Positions 16,971 to 27,282 of a stretch of 64,000 nucleotides of DNA are shown piece after piece. Each line of letters starts with the position of its first letter. Position 1 is the stretch's first letter. The translations under genes and the position numbers were made by a program. The stretch spans positions 502 through 64,501 of the forward strand of contig JAXLWE010000033.1 in NCBI GenBank assembly GCA_046328655.1. Reading direction: 5' to 3'. Under the pieces are notes generated by a model that was not told where the DNA came from, did no database searches, and saw only the letters and a list, made by a program, of their open reading frames with translations. Source of the DNA: Anaerolineae bacterium. Lineage in GTDB: Bacteria; Chloroflexota; Anaerolineae; Aggregatilineales; Phototrophicaceae.

Positions 16971-17896
16971 TGCTTCACCTCCGCTTTCTGGTGGTTGTTG
17001 ACTGCCGACTGCGCGCCGTAGTATTTGAGGAACACTTCCTCCAGCGACGGCTCCACCACTTCCATATCTTCGACGTACTGCCCGTTGATCGCCCGCAGCA
17101 GCGGATCGAAATCGCCCATCAGTTGCAGATGCAGCGTCCTGCCGTCGGCGCTCACGCCGCTGACGCCGGGCACGCCCCGGACGATCTCTGCGCCGACCGG
17201 CTCGCGGAAGCGCAGCGTCACGTGGCGGAAATCGGTGTGCGTCAGGTCGGCGACGCGCTGCACGGCTTCCAGCTTGCCGCTGCGCAGGATGGCAACGCGG
17301 TCGCAGATCGCCTGCACTTCGCTGAGGATGTGCGACGACAGAAACACCGTGCGACCTTCGGCACGCACGTCCTGCATCAACTGGTAGAACGTCTGCTGCA
17401 TGAGCGGATCGAGTCCGGTCGACGGCTCGTCCAGAATCAGCAGGTCGGGCTTGTTCATCAGCGCCAGAATCAAGCCGAGCTTGCGCTTGTTGCCGGTGGA
17501 ATAGCTGCGCACCTTCTTGGTCAGGTCGAACTGCAGGCGCTCCGCCAGCTCGCGCACGTAACGCTGGTCGTAGCCGCCGCGCGCCGCGCCGACGAACTGG
17601 ATGATCTGCTGCGCCGTCTGCTTGTCCCACAAATTCAGCTCGCCGGGCAGGTAGCCGATGCGCTGCTTGATGGCGACGCTGTCGCCGCGCGCGTCCATGC
17701 CCAGAATCTTCGCGCTGCCGGTCGTCGGACGGATGAAATCGAGCAGCAGACGAATGGTGGTCGTCTTACCCGCGCCGTTGGGTCCCAGATAGCCGAAGAT
17801 TTCGCCGCGCTGCACGTCGAGGCTCAGACTGTCGAGCGCGCGGGTCGAACCGGTGTACACTTTCGTCAGGTGTTCCGTGTGGATGACGTTTTCCAT
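16967..17896 (-). CDS. ABC exporter ATP-binding protein
   Basis: GPNGAGKTT, YSTG signature, LLILDEP, SSH. Confidence 0.95.
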   Translation of the reverse strand: MENVIHTEHLTKVYTGSTRALDSLSLDVQRGEIFGYLGPNGAGKTTTIRLLLDFIRPTTGSAKILGMDARGDSVAIKQRIGYLPGELNLWDKQTAQQIIQFVGAARGGYDQRYVRELAERLQFDLTKKVRSYSTGNKRKLGLILALMNKPDLLILDEPSTGLDPLMQQTFYQLMQDVRAEGRTVFLSSHILSEVQAICDRVAILRSGKLEAVQRVADLTHTDFRHVTLRFREPVGAEIVRGVPGVSGVSADGRTLHLQLMGDFDPLLRAINGQYVEDMEVVEPSLEEVFLKYYGAQSAVNNHQKAEVKQ

Positions 17897-17960
17897 GCCA
17901 CCCTCCCATCATATAGGTCTAAAAGGACATTGTTTTGGTGCAGCTCGCAAGAATAATTTC

Positions 17961-18003
17961 AAATATCTAATCAATATATTAGACTTGTCTAAATATCTGT
18001 CAA
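17961..18003 (-). promoter_or_regulatory. AT-rich promoter/operator of the ABC operon
   Basis: TTGACA at 17998-18003 (minus); palindrome TTAGAC-tt-GTCTAA at 17979-17992; AAATATCT repeated at 17961 and 17991. Confidence 0.55.
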
Positions 18004-18048
18004 CAGACAAATGTCATGTCCTGTCAAAACCTCGTAACGAAGGCGGGT

Positions 18049-18723
18049 CTACTTCTTCTGTAGAATCTGCCGCTGCCGTTCGAGAAGCTGTTCGAGCGCC
18101 TGCCGTCCCGCCGCCGGGTCGCCTTCATCCTCGCGCGGAGCCAGCCCCCGGCTGACCATCTCTGCCAGCGCTTCGCCCATGTCCGCGATTGACGGGGCGG
18201 CTTCGCCTTTGGGCGTGATGTCGTCCATCGTCAGCAGCCCGTAGCGCAGCGCCCGCAGCAGGTACGCCACTGCTTCCGGGTCGAGGTCGCGGCGCAGCAG
18301 CCCCGCGTCCTGAAAGTAGCGGATGAAATCGACCGAGAAATTCATCCCCTGCGCGTAAGCGGGCAGGTCGCGCAGATGCCGCGCCCAGTCGCCCAGAATC
18401 CGCCGGTCGCTGGTGTAGATCGCCTTGAGCAGCGGCGCGTCGTCCAGCACGACCAGCGCGTAGCGGTAAATCGTGAACAGGGTCACGCCCGCTGGGTCAG
18501 CGTCGATCAGCTCGAAAAAGCGCTCAGTGATGGTATCGGCGTCGCGCATGATCAGCGCCTCGAACAGCGCCTCCTTGCTCTTGAAGTGCAGGTAGATCGC
18601 GCCTTTCGACACGCCCGCTTCGCGCGCGATGTCGTCGACCGTCGTCTTGTCGTACCCGTAATGCTCGATCAGTTCCGCCGCCGCATCCAGGATACGCTGC
18701 TCTCGCTGGCTGCTTTCTCCCAT
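18049..18723 (-). CDS. TetR/AcrR family transcriptional regulator
   Basis: RILDAA...GYDKTTVDDIAREAGVSKGAIYLHFKSKEAL; GGAGG RBS before ATG 18723. Confidence 0.95.
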   Translation of the reverse strand: MGESSQREQRILDAAAELIEHYGYDKTTVDDIAREAGVSKGAIYLHFKSKEALFEALIMRDADTITERFFELIDADPAGVTLFTIYRYALVVLDDAPLLKAIYTSDRRILGDWARHLRDLPAYAQGMNFSVDFIRYFQDAGLLRRDLDPEAVAYLLRALRYGLLTMDDITPKGEAAPSIADMGEALAEMVSRGLAPREDEGDPAAGRQALEQLLERQRQILQKK

Positions 18724-18732
18724 AAGCCTCCG

Positions 18733-18766
18733 TGACTGTTTGACCGATTTAGTCATACTGGTCAAA
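18733..18766. promoter_or_regulatory. Probable TetR autoregulatory operator
   Basis: TTTGACC...GGTCAAA inverted repeat plus further TGAC(C/T) half-sites just upstream of the RBS. Confidence 0.55.
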
Positions 18767-18871
18767 TTGTACCCGAACCCTAACAATTTGCAGCCCCCAA
18801 AAGTGGGGGGGAGACCAGCTATTCGTGTGAAAGTGGGTATAATTCGAGACAAGGGGAAAGGTTGGGAAGCG

Positions 18872-19741
18872 ATGAGCCGGGTAGAACGATTTTCGCAACG
18901 CGCGCGGCGAATTCTGGCGGCGGCACAGGAAGAAGCCGAGAAACTGCGCAACAACACCATCGAGACGCCGCACCTGCTCTTAGGGATGCTGCGCGTTCAG
19001 GACAGCGTCGCCTGCCGCGTCCTCAACGAACTGCGCATCGAATATGACCGGGTACTGCCGGTCGTGCGCGCCGCGCATCCCGGCGAGCCAACCCCCGCCA
19101 AAAATCTGGCGCTCGCGCCGGAGACCAAGCGCCTGCTCGAAAGTGCGGTCGACGTGGCGCGCAAGCGCGGCGAACACTGGATCGGCTCGGAACATCTGCT
19201 GCTGGCGCTGATCAAGGGCGAGGACAAGTCCGTCCGCTACCTGATGCGCCAGATCAATCTGGAACCGGCGGTCGTCCGTTCGTGCGTCGAGCGCGTCTTG
19301 CAGGAGGGTGGCGACGGTCTGCCCACCACCGAGCCGCTCATGGAGGAGGAGCCAGCCAAAATGGAGACTGGACCGCTCAAGCCGTCGATGCCGAACGACT
19401 CGAGTCCGCGTGCGAAAGTCTTGCAGTTGGTCGAATCCGGCAAGATCAGCGCATCGGAAGCTGCCGAGCTGCTCAAGGCGATGCGCTTCGCAGCGGTGCC
19501 CATCCCCGCCGAAAGCGGCTTCGTGCTGCTGCCGCTGGACGACGTGAACTTCGACGAGCTGCGCCAGCGCACCGTCCGCTTCGCCGTCGAAGCGAATGGG
19601 GCAGGGGCGGAAATCGCGCTGTCGTTCGAGGAAGCGCAGGCGGTGATCTTCCAACTGCTGCGCGAGGTCTACGGCGGCGCGCAGGGCACGCTGGTCGATC
19701 TGGACGGCGGCAATCAGCGCCTGCATATCTCGCTCGACTGA
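18872..19741 (+). CDS. Stand-alone Clp N-terminal domain protein with SHOCT-like segment
   Basis: FSQRARRIL..AQEEA...IETPHLLLG and IGSEHLLLAL repeats; KVLQLVESGKISASEAAELL; no Walker A. Confidence 0.85.
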   Translation: MSRVERFSQRARRILAAAQEEAEKLRNNTIETPHLLLGMLRVQDSVACRVLNELRIEYDRVLPVVRAAHPGEPTPAKNLALAPETKRLLESAVDVARKRGEHWIGSEHLLLALIKGEDKSVRYLMRQINLEPAVVRSCVERVLQEGGDGLPTTEPLMEEEPAKMETGPLKPSMPNDSSPRAKVLQLVESGKISASEAAELLKAMRFAAVPIPAESGFVLLPLDDVNFDELRQRTVRFAVEANGAGAEIALSFEEAQAVIFQLLREVYGGAQGTLVDLDGGNQRLHISLD

Positions 19742-19767
19742 CGGGCGCAGCATTTTTTACGGATTTC

Positions 19768-19792
19768 AGGGGGACGCTCGCGTCCCCTTTTT
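19768..19792 (+). terminator. Intrinsic terminator
   Basis: GGGGACGC-tc-GCGTCCCC followed by TTTTT. Confidence 0.8.
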
Positions 19793-19806
19793 GCTGCCTC
19801 GGCGTG

Positions 19807-19894
19807 CCTCAACCCCACCCCGTGCAACCTTCATTTGTCCTTCCCCTCTCCACAGCGTGGAGAGGGGAGTCGAGCGCAGCGAGACGGGGTGAGG
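19807..19894. repeat. Palindromic repeat family B copy (CCCCTCTCCAC..GTGGAGAGGGG core, GGGGTGAGG end)
   Basis: Matches copies at 28271, 36758, 45232, 45889, 47782 and 61851. Confidence 0.85.
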
Positions 19895-19896
19895 TG

Positions 19897-20146
19897 TGAA
19901 CTCCTCATCGCGCCTTCATGATTTGCGAGTAGAATAGGGGCACTTATTCTGACTGAAATAAAGGGAAAACGCCTGGAGCAGGTGTGTGTAGGGGCACGAC
20001 ATGTCGTGCCCCTACGAACGGATAGATCGGATTTTGCATGGGCTAAAGTGTCGTCTCCCGCTTGCGTGGAAGGGGGATGAACTCTGAACTCCCTCATCAC
20101 ACCTTCATGATTTGCGAGTAGAATAAGGGCACGTATTCTGACTGAA
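19897..20146 (+). repeat. About 60-bp imperfect direct repeat (19897-19957 and 20085-20146) containing a TAGAAT -10-like box
   Basis: CCTTCATGATTTGCGAGTAGAATA-GGGCAC-TATTCTGACTGAA in both copies. Confidence 0.85.
19988..20015. repeat. GTAG-type REP (family A), perfect 28-bp palindrome
   Basis: GTAGGGGCACGACATGTCGTGCCCCTAC. Confidence 0.9.
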
Positions 20147-20157
20147 GAATTACCGCC

Positions 20158-21845
20158 ATGAAACGCATCTCTGGATTCTCCCGCGATCGTGCTGTTCGCG
20201 CTGCCTGTGGCTGCCGAAGACGCCTTCCCCCGTCGACCTGGATACCCGCCGACTTCGCCGCCTACGTCCGCATTGATATGTCCGACCCGCAGGTGACGCT
20301 CGGCAATCTCAACGTCAGGCTGTTCGTGGCGTCGGTGCTGCAACCGGCACGCTTCCAGTACCCCGATTCGCTGGATTACGACACGTTCTTCCCGTTTCGA
20401 CCCAGCTTCGATACCGAAGTTGGCGTCGTTCACGCAGAACGTGCTACCCGCAACCCAGGGAGATGATCATCAGCTACCGCAACCTGGGCGCGCAGTTCGA
20501 CGCTGGTGCGAGCGACACGCTGATGATCTTCCCGGTGAAGGATTACGGCTCCCGGAGGCGGCGAGCGCCCTCAGCTCGACCATTCGGGCGCGGGATTTCC
20601 CCACGGCAATGCCGGGCATGAATATCTACCTGGGCGACAAGACCGCGTTCGCCTTCGCGTTCGCGGCGCTGGTCGGCTCGGTAAGTTTGATCCTCGGCAA
20701 TCGACACCATGACCGGCAGCGCGCAATCCCGCCACCGCCGATCCGGTTTACCAGCGGGTGAGCGCGGCGGCGAGCGGCGATAATCCGCTGATCTATGCGT
20801 ATCTGGCGCATGACGCCGCCGCGCGGGCGCTCAGCGTGCTGATGAGCGGCAGCGATTCCGCCGATCCACTGCTGGCGGCGGTCAACCAGTCGCTCGACGG
20901 CCTGCACGCCGACCGGACGCCGGAGCGGCTGCTGCTCAGCGGCGCGCTCGACGGCGTGGGCATTGGCGTGCAGTACGACAGCGTGCGCTCAACCTGCGGG
21001 CGAACGTCATCCTGCACACCGTCGACGCGCCCGAAAACTCCGACGCGGCGTTCGGCCCGCCGTCCTCGACCTGATCCGCGCAGTACCGCGATCGTCAGGC
21101 GGCACGGACGCGAGCGGCGCGACCGACGCGCTCTATTCAGTTCCCGCTGCTCAACTTCGCGGGCGAGGCGCTGGGGGCTTTCCCGATGAGATCCCTCACA
21201 GGGGGACGGGCGTGCTGCCGCTGCCGACTGCCGACGACGTACACAGTCGGCGGTCTCGGATTTCTGGACGCGGTCGAACCGATGGTGGACGTGCAGAATG
21301 ACGTGCTGGGTCAGCTTGACGGCGGCTATTCGCTGGCGCTGCCTGCGCCGAACAATCCCGTTCCCGTCCTCAACACGCCGTTCGACGTACTGCTGGTTGT
21401 GCAGACCGACAGTCCGGAAGCTGCCCAGTCAGTGGTGCAGGACAACGCCGACAAGCTGCTGGAGATGTTCGTCGCCCCGCTTGAGGACAGCGAACAGATT
21501 GACGATCAGAGCTTCCGCACGCTGCGCGCGCCGGATACGGGCGAGCCGCTGCTGCGCGTCGGCGCGGTCGACAACCTGCTGGTGATCGGCACGGGGTCGG
21601 CGGCGCAGTTGGCGCTCGACGCGCGCCGGGGCGACAATCGCCTGACGGCGCAGGATCGCTGGAAGAACTGGGCGGCGACGACCAGATTATTACTTCTATG
21701 TCGATGTCAACGCCTACTACAACACGTTCCTGCCGACGATTGGTGGTCGGCGGTGCGTCCGGTCAGCCAGTTGGGCGTGCAGTCGAGCTATCTCGGCGAC
21801 AACCTGTTCGATGTGCGCGTGCTGGTCGCGCTGCGGGTGAAATAG
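20158..21845 (+). CDS. Secreted protein, DUF3352-like; multiple frameshifts (probably sequencing errors)
   Basis: Coding-like fragments across frames (WIPADFAAYVRID...; VLGQLDGGYSLAL...; VDNLLVIGT). Confidence 0.55.
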
Positions 21846-21859
21846 TGCCGGGTGATGAA

Positions 21860-21888
21860 GTAGGGGTGACTTTACAGGTCGCCCCTAC
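21860..21888. repeat. GTAG-type REP (family A)
   Basis: GTAGGGGTGAC-tttacag-GTCGCCCCTAC. Confidence 0.8.
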
Positions 21889-22096
21889 TCGCTCAGGCAA
21901 GACGCCGCCAGTGGCGAAATCCGTGGCTCCTTGCGGGGTACGGGACTGCCGCAGGTGAAACCAGCGCTATCTTTGTGCAGTTCTGCCAGCATTTCGAACG
22001 GTTTCTCTACCAGAATGATTTTCTTTGTTTATGAAATGCGGTAATATCGCTCTGGCGAAATGGTTTTACATTCCATCAGGCGGCAAATTGCTCGAT

Positions 22097-23164
22097 ATGG
22101 CTCGCAAGCTGCGCACGGTAATGAGCGTTGCTGTTCTGCTGCTTTGGCAGTCGTTCCGCTGGCCGTGACTGCAGGACATGTCAATTGAAAAAGTCTGCCT
22201 CGTCACCGACGTGGGTAAGATCAACGACGGCACGTTTAATCAGTCCGACTACGAAGGCATGTTGCGCGCTGCCGACGGGTCAGGCTGGATACAACGTACA
22301 TCAGAAACCCAGGCGACGACCGACTACGCCACCAATATCGAGTACCTGCCTCAGCGAAGAAAACGACATTGCTGATCACCGTCGGTTTCCTGATCGGTGA
22401 TGCGACCCATGCCGCGAGGGCGAACCCCAATGTTATGTTCATCGGCGTGGACCAGTTCTTCCCGGATCCGCTGCCAAACCTGGTCGGCATTCAGTTCGCG
22501 AGAATCAGGCGGGCTATCTGGTGGGTGCGATGGCGGCGTTAATGAGCAAGTCAGGCACGATTACCGGTGTACGGTATTCATCCCGCCCGTGGTCAGAGTA
22601 TCGTAACGGCTACGAACAGGGTGCGAAGTCCATCAACCCGGATATCAAGACGCTGGGCGTCTACATCGACAGCTTCAGTACGCCGGATCGTGGCGCGGCG
22701 GCTGCCGGCAGGCAATCGGTGAGGGCGCAGACGTGGTCTTCGGCGCTGGTGGTCCCCACCGGCTCCGGCGTATCACGCGCGCGGCGCAGCAGGACGTTAT
22801 GGTGATCGGCGTGGACGTGGACGAGTATAACGACCTTCGGCGGCGCTGGTTTCCTGGCTCGGAATACCTCATCACCAGCGCGCTGAAGCGCGTCGATGTG
22901 GGTGTTCGCGGCCTTAGTCGAGATGCTGGTCAACGGCGAAGCGCTGCCTGAAGACGGCCTCTACGTCCTGAGCGTTAACAACGGCGGTATCGGCTTCTCG
23001 CCCGCTTCACGACTCTGACGTGCCGGACGAAGTTGAGGCCAGTCGGACATTCTGCAGGGATTGATCGATGGCACGATTGATACCGGCGTCGATCCGCTCA
23101 CCGGCAATCTGATCGGCTCGACGCCACGCCCGAACCGATGGCAACGGCGGAGGCCAGCTCGTAA
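22097..23164 (+). CDS. BMP-family (nucleoside/purine-type) substrate-binding protein; frameshifted
   Basis: VCLVTDVGKINDGTFNQ, ITVGF, FIGVDQ, GYEQGAKSINPDI, VIGVDVD, ITSALKRVD in successive frames. Confidence 0.8.
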
Positions 23165-23335
23165 GGGGCGCTGGTCGTCTCCATTTCAATATCGCAATCA
23201 GGGGATTTACGCAGATCCCCCCCGATTTTTGCTATGGACCTATGCGCAGGGCTGGCTTCCATACTTTTACATTCGCGAGAGCGGCTTGTTCGGTGGTGAT
23301 GGTATCTGTCTACTGTCTATGCGTTTGGGGGAGCG

Positions 23336-23822
23336 ATGATGCTGGAAGAAAACAAAGCAATTTTGCGTCGGCACTTCGATGAAGTTCTGAATCAGGGCGA
23401 TCTTGATGTGATCGACCCGATCTGGAGATCAATACGTACTCGACGCGCCAGTGCAGACCGAAGGTCCGTACGTAACATGGTGAAACACACGGACGCGACG
23501 GTTTAAAGCGGCGCGTGACGCTGTTTCGAACCGCTTTTCCCAATATTCACTTCGTCGTTGATAACATCCTCGCAGAAGAAATCAGGTAGCGGTACAGTAC
23601 GTTTACCGGAACCCATTCAGGCCAGTTTGGCGAGCTTGAGCCGTTTCACCGGGGCATTTCGGTGACCGGGATGCTGATCGCCCTGATTGTGGACAGCAAG
23701 ATCGAACGGGCGGTCAGCGTTTTCGACAGCAGCGACATGATGCACCAGCTCGAACCGCATCATAAATCGCCATTCAACGGCATTTCATCGACATGATCGT
23801 CGAGCGGGTGACGACTCGCTAG
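23336..23822 (+). CDS. SnoaL-like ester cyclase family protein; frameshifted
   Basis: EENKAILRRHFDEVLNQGDL, FRTAFPNIHF, TGTH.G.F; stop TAG coincides with the IS insertion site. Confidence 0.75.
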
Positions 23823-24680
23823 AGCCTGTTATGCACTTTTGAAGGATGTGTCAGTAAAATGGGGGATGAACGACGCCCTGGCGATGTGAGCGATGATGAA
23901 TGGGCGTTTGTCGCCCCCTATTTGCAACCTTGATGAAAGCAGATGCGCCGCAACGAACATCCGCCAGAGAATCTTCAATGGCTTGCGTTGGATCATGCGT
24001 TCAGGTGCCGAATAGCGGATGATGCCCAACGACCTGCCGCCGCAGTATACGTTTATCAGCAAACGCAGCGCTGGCTGAAAGCCGGTGTCTTTCAGGCATC
24101 GTCGATGACTTGCGCGTGGTGCTGCGTCTGGCGGAGGGACGGCAGGGGCAACCGTCGGCAACCATCTGGACAGCCGCACGTTGCAATCCAGCCCTGAAAG
24201 TGGTGCTCGTGCAGGCTACGATGAGGCGAAACACCGAAAGGCGGCAAAGTCCATCTGGCGGTGGACACAGCAGGGCATTTGCTGGCGCTGCACGTGACGG
24301 CTGCTGGCGTGAACGAGACCGCGATCAGGTCGAGCGTCTGGCTCAGGACATTCAGGTGACGACGGGCAGGTCGGTGGAAATCGCGTTTGTCGATCAGGGT
24401 TACACCAGGGGATGACCGGCTCCAGCAAGAAAAACAGCGCAGTATGGCATTCGTCTGGAGGTGAATTCGAAGCTGCCCGACACGCCAAACGTAGCTTTGT
24501 CTTGCTGCCCGCGCCGTTGGTGGTTGAGCGGAGCTTCGCGGCTGACCCGCTTTCGCCGTTTTGCTTCCAGGATTATGAGCGCGCTTGCCCGAAACGCTGG
24601 CTGGGCTTCATTGCTTGCTTTCGCTCTCCTCATGCTCGCTCAGTTTATCGGTCTGATGGCACATAGTGCATAACAGGCTC
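23822..24680 (+). mobile_element. IS5-family insertion sequence (859 bp)
   Basis: Perfect 16-bp terminal inverted repeats GAGCCTGTTATGCACT / AGTGCATAACAGGCTC; TA duplicated within a CTAG target. Confidence 0.92.
23859..24673 (+). pseudogene. IS5-family DDE transposase with many frameshifts (decay or sequencing error)
   Basis: DVSDDEWAFVAPY, MPNDLP, YQQTQRWLKAGVF, AFVDQGY, VVERSFA fragments. Confidence 0.8.
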
Positions 24681-24704
24681 TAGAGGATTTAGGTGGGAGA
24701 ACAG

Positions 24705-24734
24705 GTAGGGGCGAGTCCCTGAACCCGCCCCTAC
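24705..24734. repeat. GTAG-type REP (family A)
   Basis: GTAGGGGCG...CGCCCCTAC. Confidence 0.8.
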
Positions 24735-24750
24735 AGTGGATTTACCCGGA

Positions 24751-26282
24751 CTAGCGCGTACTCGACGGCGCGCGTCTCGCGGATGACCTGCACGCTCGAT
24801 CTGACCGGGATACTGCATCGTCTCCTCGATCTTCTTGGCGATGTCGCGTGACAGACGCAGCGCCGCCAGATCGTCCACGTTTTCCGGGCGCACGATGATG
24901 CGCACTTCACGCCCCGCCTGCAGCGCGTAGCTCTGCTCAACGCCGTCGAAGCTGTTGGCGATCTCCTCCAGCGTCTTGACGCGCCGGATGTACGTTTCCA
25001 GGCTTTCGCGCCGAGCGCCGGGGCGAGCGCCGGAAATCGCGTCGGCCGCCTCGACAATGTAGGCTTCGACGCATTCCTGCTCGACCTCGTGGTGATGGCT
25101 GGCGATGCAGTTGACGACCTTGGCGTTAACACCGTAGCGCTTGGCGAATTCCGCCCCGATCATCGCGTGCGTGCCTTCCACTTCGTGGTCAATCGCTTTG
25201 CCGAGGTCGTGCAGCAAGCCGCCCGTCTTGGCAAGCTGAACGTCCGCGCCCAGCTCGGCGGCGATCATCCCGGCGATGTGCGAAGTCTCGATGGCGTGCG
25301 AGTGCTGGTTCTGCCCGTAGCTGGTGCGGAACTTGAGCCGCCCCAGCAGCTTGAGGATTTCGGGATGCAGACCGGGGATGCCGGTCTCGTAGGCGGCGCG
25401 CTCGCCCTCCTGCCGGATGACCTGCTCGACTTCCGTGCGAGCGTCCTCGACCAGCTTTTCGATGCGCGCCGGGTGGATGCGACCATCGACCACCAGCTTC
25501 GCCAGCGCCCGCTTGGCGACTTCACGCCGCACCGGGTCGAAGCTGCTGATGGTGACGGCTTCGGGCGTATCGTCGACCACCACGTCGACGCCGGTCGCCA
25601 GTTCGAAGGCGCGGATGTTGCGCCCGTTGCGCCCAATGATGCGACCCTTCATCTCGTCGCTGGGGAGCGGTACGACGCTCACCGCGATTTCGCTGACGTG
25701 CTCCGACGCCAGCCGCTGCACCGCCAGCGAGATCACCTCACGGGCGCGCGCTTCGGCTTCTTCGTTGGCTTCGGCTTCCACCTGCCGGATGATGCGCGCC
25801 ATGTCGTTGCGGGCTTCGGTCTCCGCCAGCGCCATCAGCTCGGTCTTGGCTTCGTCCACCGTCATCTGCGCGATGCGCTGAAGCTCGGCGGCGCGATCCT
25901 CTTCCAGCTTCTGCAAATCCGCCTGCTGTTTGTCGAGACGGCTCTGACGCTTGTTCAGGTTTTGCTCGCGCTGTTCCATGCGCTCAAAACGCTTGTCCAA
26001 GTCTTCACGACGCCGTTGCAGGCGTTCGTCCTCGCGGTCAAGTTCGCGGCGGCGGCGAACCGTCATTTCATCCGCTTCCTCTAGCATCTTCTTGGATTTC
26101 TCATCCGCTTCGCGGATCGAAGTTTGTGCTTGATCGCTGGCTTGGTCGACGATCCTGCGGGCTTCCTGTTCCGCCATCTCACGGCGGTTTCTACCCTGTG
26201 CGTTCTGGTAGTAGTTCAGCCCAAAATATGCCACGACCGCGCCCACGATAAGACCAATTATCAGGGCAATCACCCATTCCAT
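24751..26282 (-). CDS. rny: Ribonuclease Y (frameshift near the 3' end)
   Basis: N-terminal TM, coiled coil, KH motif MKGRIIGRNGRNI, HD motif GLLHDLGK, YPGQI then VIRETRAVEYA in a shifted frame. Confidence 0.96.
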
Positions 26283-26334
26283 GTAGCTTAGCGCGGGTCT
26301 TTCCCCTTGCGGGAAACCATCCGCTTCCTCCTTC

Positions 26335-27009
26335 CTATTCTTCCATCAGGTCATTGTCATCTTCATCACCCGCAAAGAACTCCGGGTCTCCGGCGTCAAT
26401 TTCCTGCATCAGACGCCGAATGGTTGAGCGCGCGACGGCGTATGAGAAGCCGCGACGCTGTAAATGCGCGCTGATTTTCGTCTGAAAATCGTGGCGCTGC
26501 GCCCCGCGCAGGCGGCGCATCTGGGATTCTGCGGCGCGGTACGCCGCATCTTCGGCATCGAGGTCGGCAAGCGCGGCATCGATCACCTCGCTGCTGACGC
26601 CTTTCTGCCGCAGTTCATAACGCAGCGCTCTGGGGCTGGTCGGCTTGAACGTCATCCGGTCGCGTACCCAGAGATCGGCAAATGCGCGGTCGTCGATGTA
26701 GCCGAACATCGTCAGCCGTTCGAGCGCCGCGTCGATCACAGCAGGTGGAGTGCCCTTGCGGGTGAGGTTGTCGCGCACTTCGCGCGCGCTGCGCGGGCGA
26801 ATCGCCAGAAAGCGCGCAGCGCTGTCGGTGGCGACCGTCACGGCGGCTTCGCTGGTCAGCGCTTCGATTTCAGCATCGCTGAGCGTCTGACCCTTATGCA
26901 GCCGCGCTGCTTCGTCCAGGCTGAGGCTGAAAGCGTAAGCGTCGTCGATGAAAATACTGACGCGCTTCTTGTTCCGCTTCTGTACCTCGATTGCCGTGAT
27001 GACACCCAT
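26335..27009 (-). CDS. recX: Regulatory protein RecX (long form)
   Basis: RPRSAREV, GYIDDRAFA, ELRQKGV, LQRRGFS; located upstream of rny. Confidence 0.9.
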   Translation of the reverse strand: MGVITAIEVQKRNKKRVSIFIDDAYAFSLSLDEAARLHKGQTLSDAEIEALTSEAAVTVATDSAARFLAIRPRSAREVRDNLTRKGTPPAVIDAALERLTMFGYIDDRAFADLWVRDRMTFKPTSPRALRYELRQKGVSSEVIDAALADLDAEDAAYRAAESQMRRLRGAQRHDFQTKISAHLQRRGFSYAVARSTIRRLMQEIDAGDPEFFAGDEDDNDLMEE

Positions 27010-27020
27010 CCACTCTCACC

Positions 27021-27275
27021 AAATAAAAATACCGTGATCGCTGCGAACGAGACCACGGCTGGAATAAGAGGTTGCGCCCTAGATTACGCCCGTGAATGAG
27101 TTACCCGGTTAATGAAGGTGAAGCACAGAAAAAGGCTGGCATAAGCGCGAGCCTGACCGTTTTTTTCACTTGGCACAACATCCATATCGTCCAATGGACG
27201 GGTTAATTCCAGCTTGTCGACCGTCATCATGACGGTTGTGGCGTCGTTCAAACTTAAGATGCGCCGCATTTATGA
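27021..27275 (-). ncRNA. Candidate structured leader/ncRNA upstream of recX with two terminator-like hairpins
   Basis: Hairpins at 27220-27236 and 27188-27200 enclosed by CACAAC/GTTGTG; terminator-like stems with U-tracts at 27127-27155 and 27021-27058. Confidence 0.4.
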
Positions 27276-27282
27276 TCTATTA

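Noticed and set aside
21890-22096. Purine riboswitch upstream of the BMP gene (GTTTCTCTACC)
   Set aside because: Only a partial match to one junction; the P1-P3 stems and the other conserved motifs are missing
24645-24800. Novel C-terminal extension of RNase Y running into the REP and IS
   Set aside because: The conserved ending VIRETRAVEYA is present in another frame; the extension is a frameshift artefact
27084-27269. 61-aa ORF upstream of recX as a protein gene or recA remnant
   Set aside because: No RBS, no similarity to RecA motifs, and it crosses a terminator-like stem; structured RNA is the better explanation
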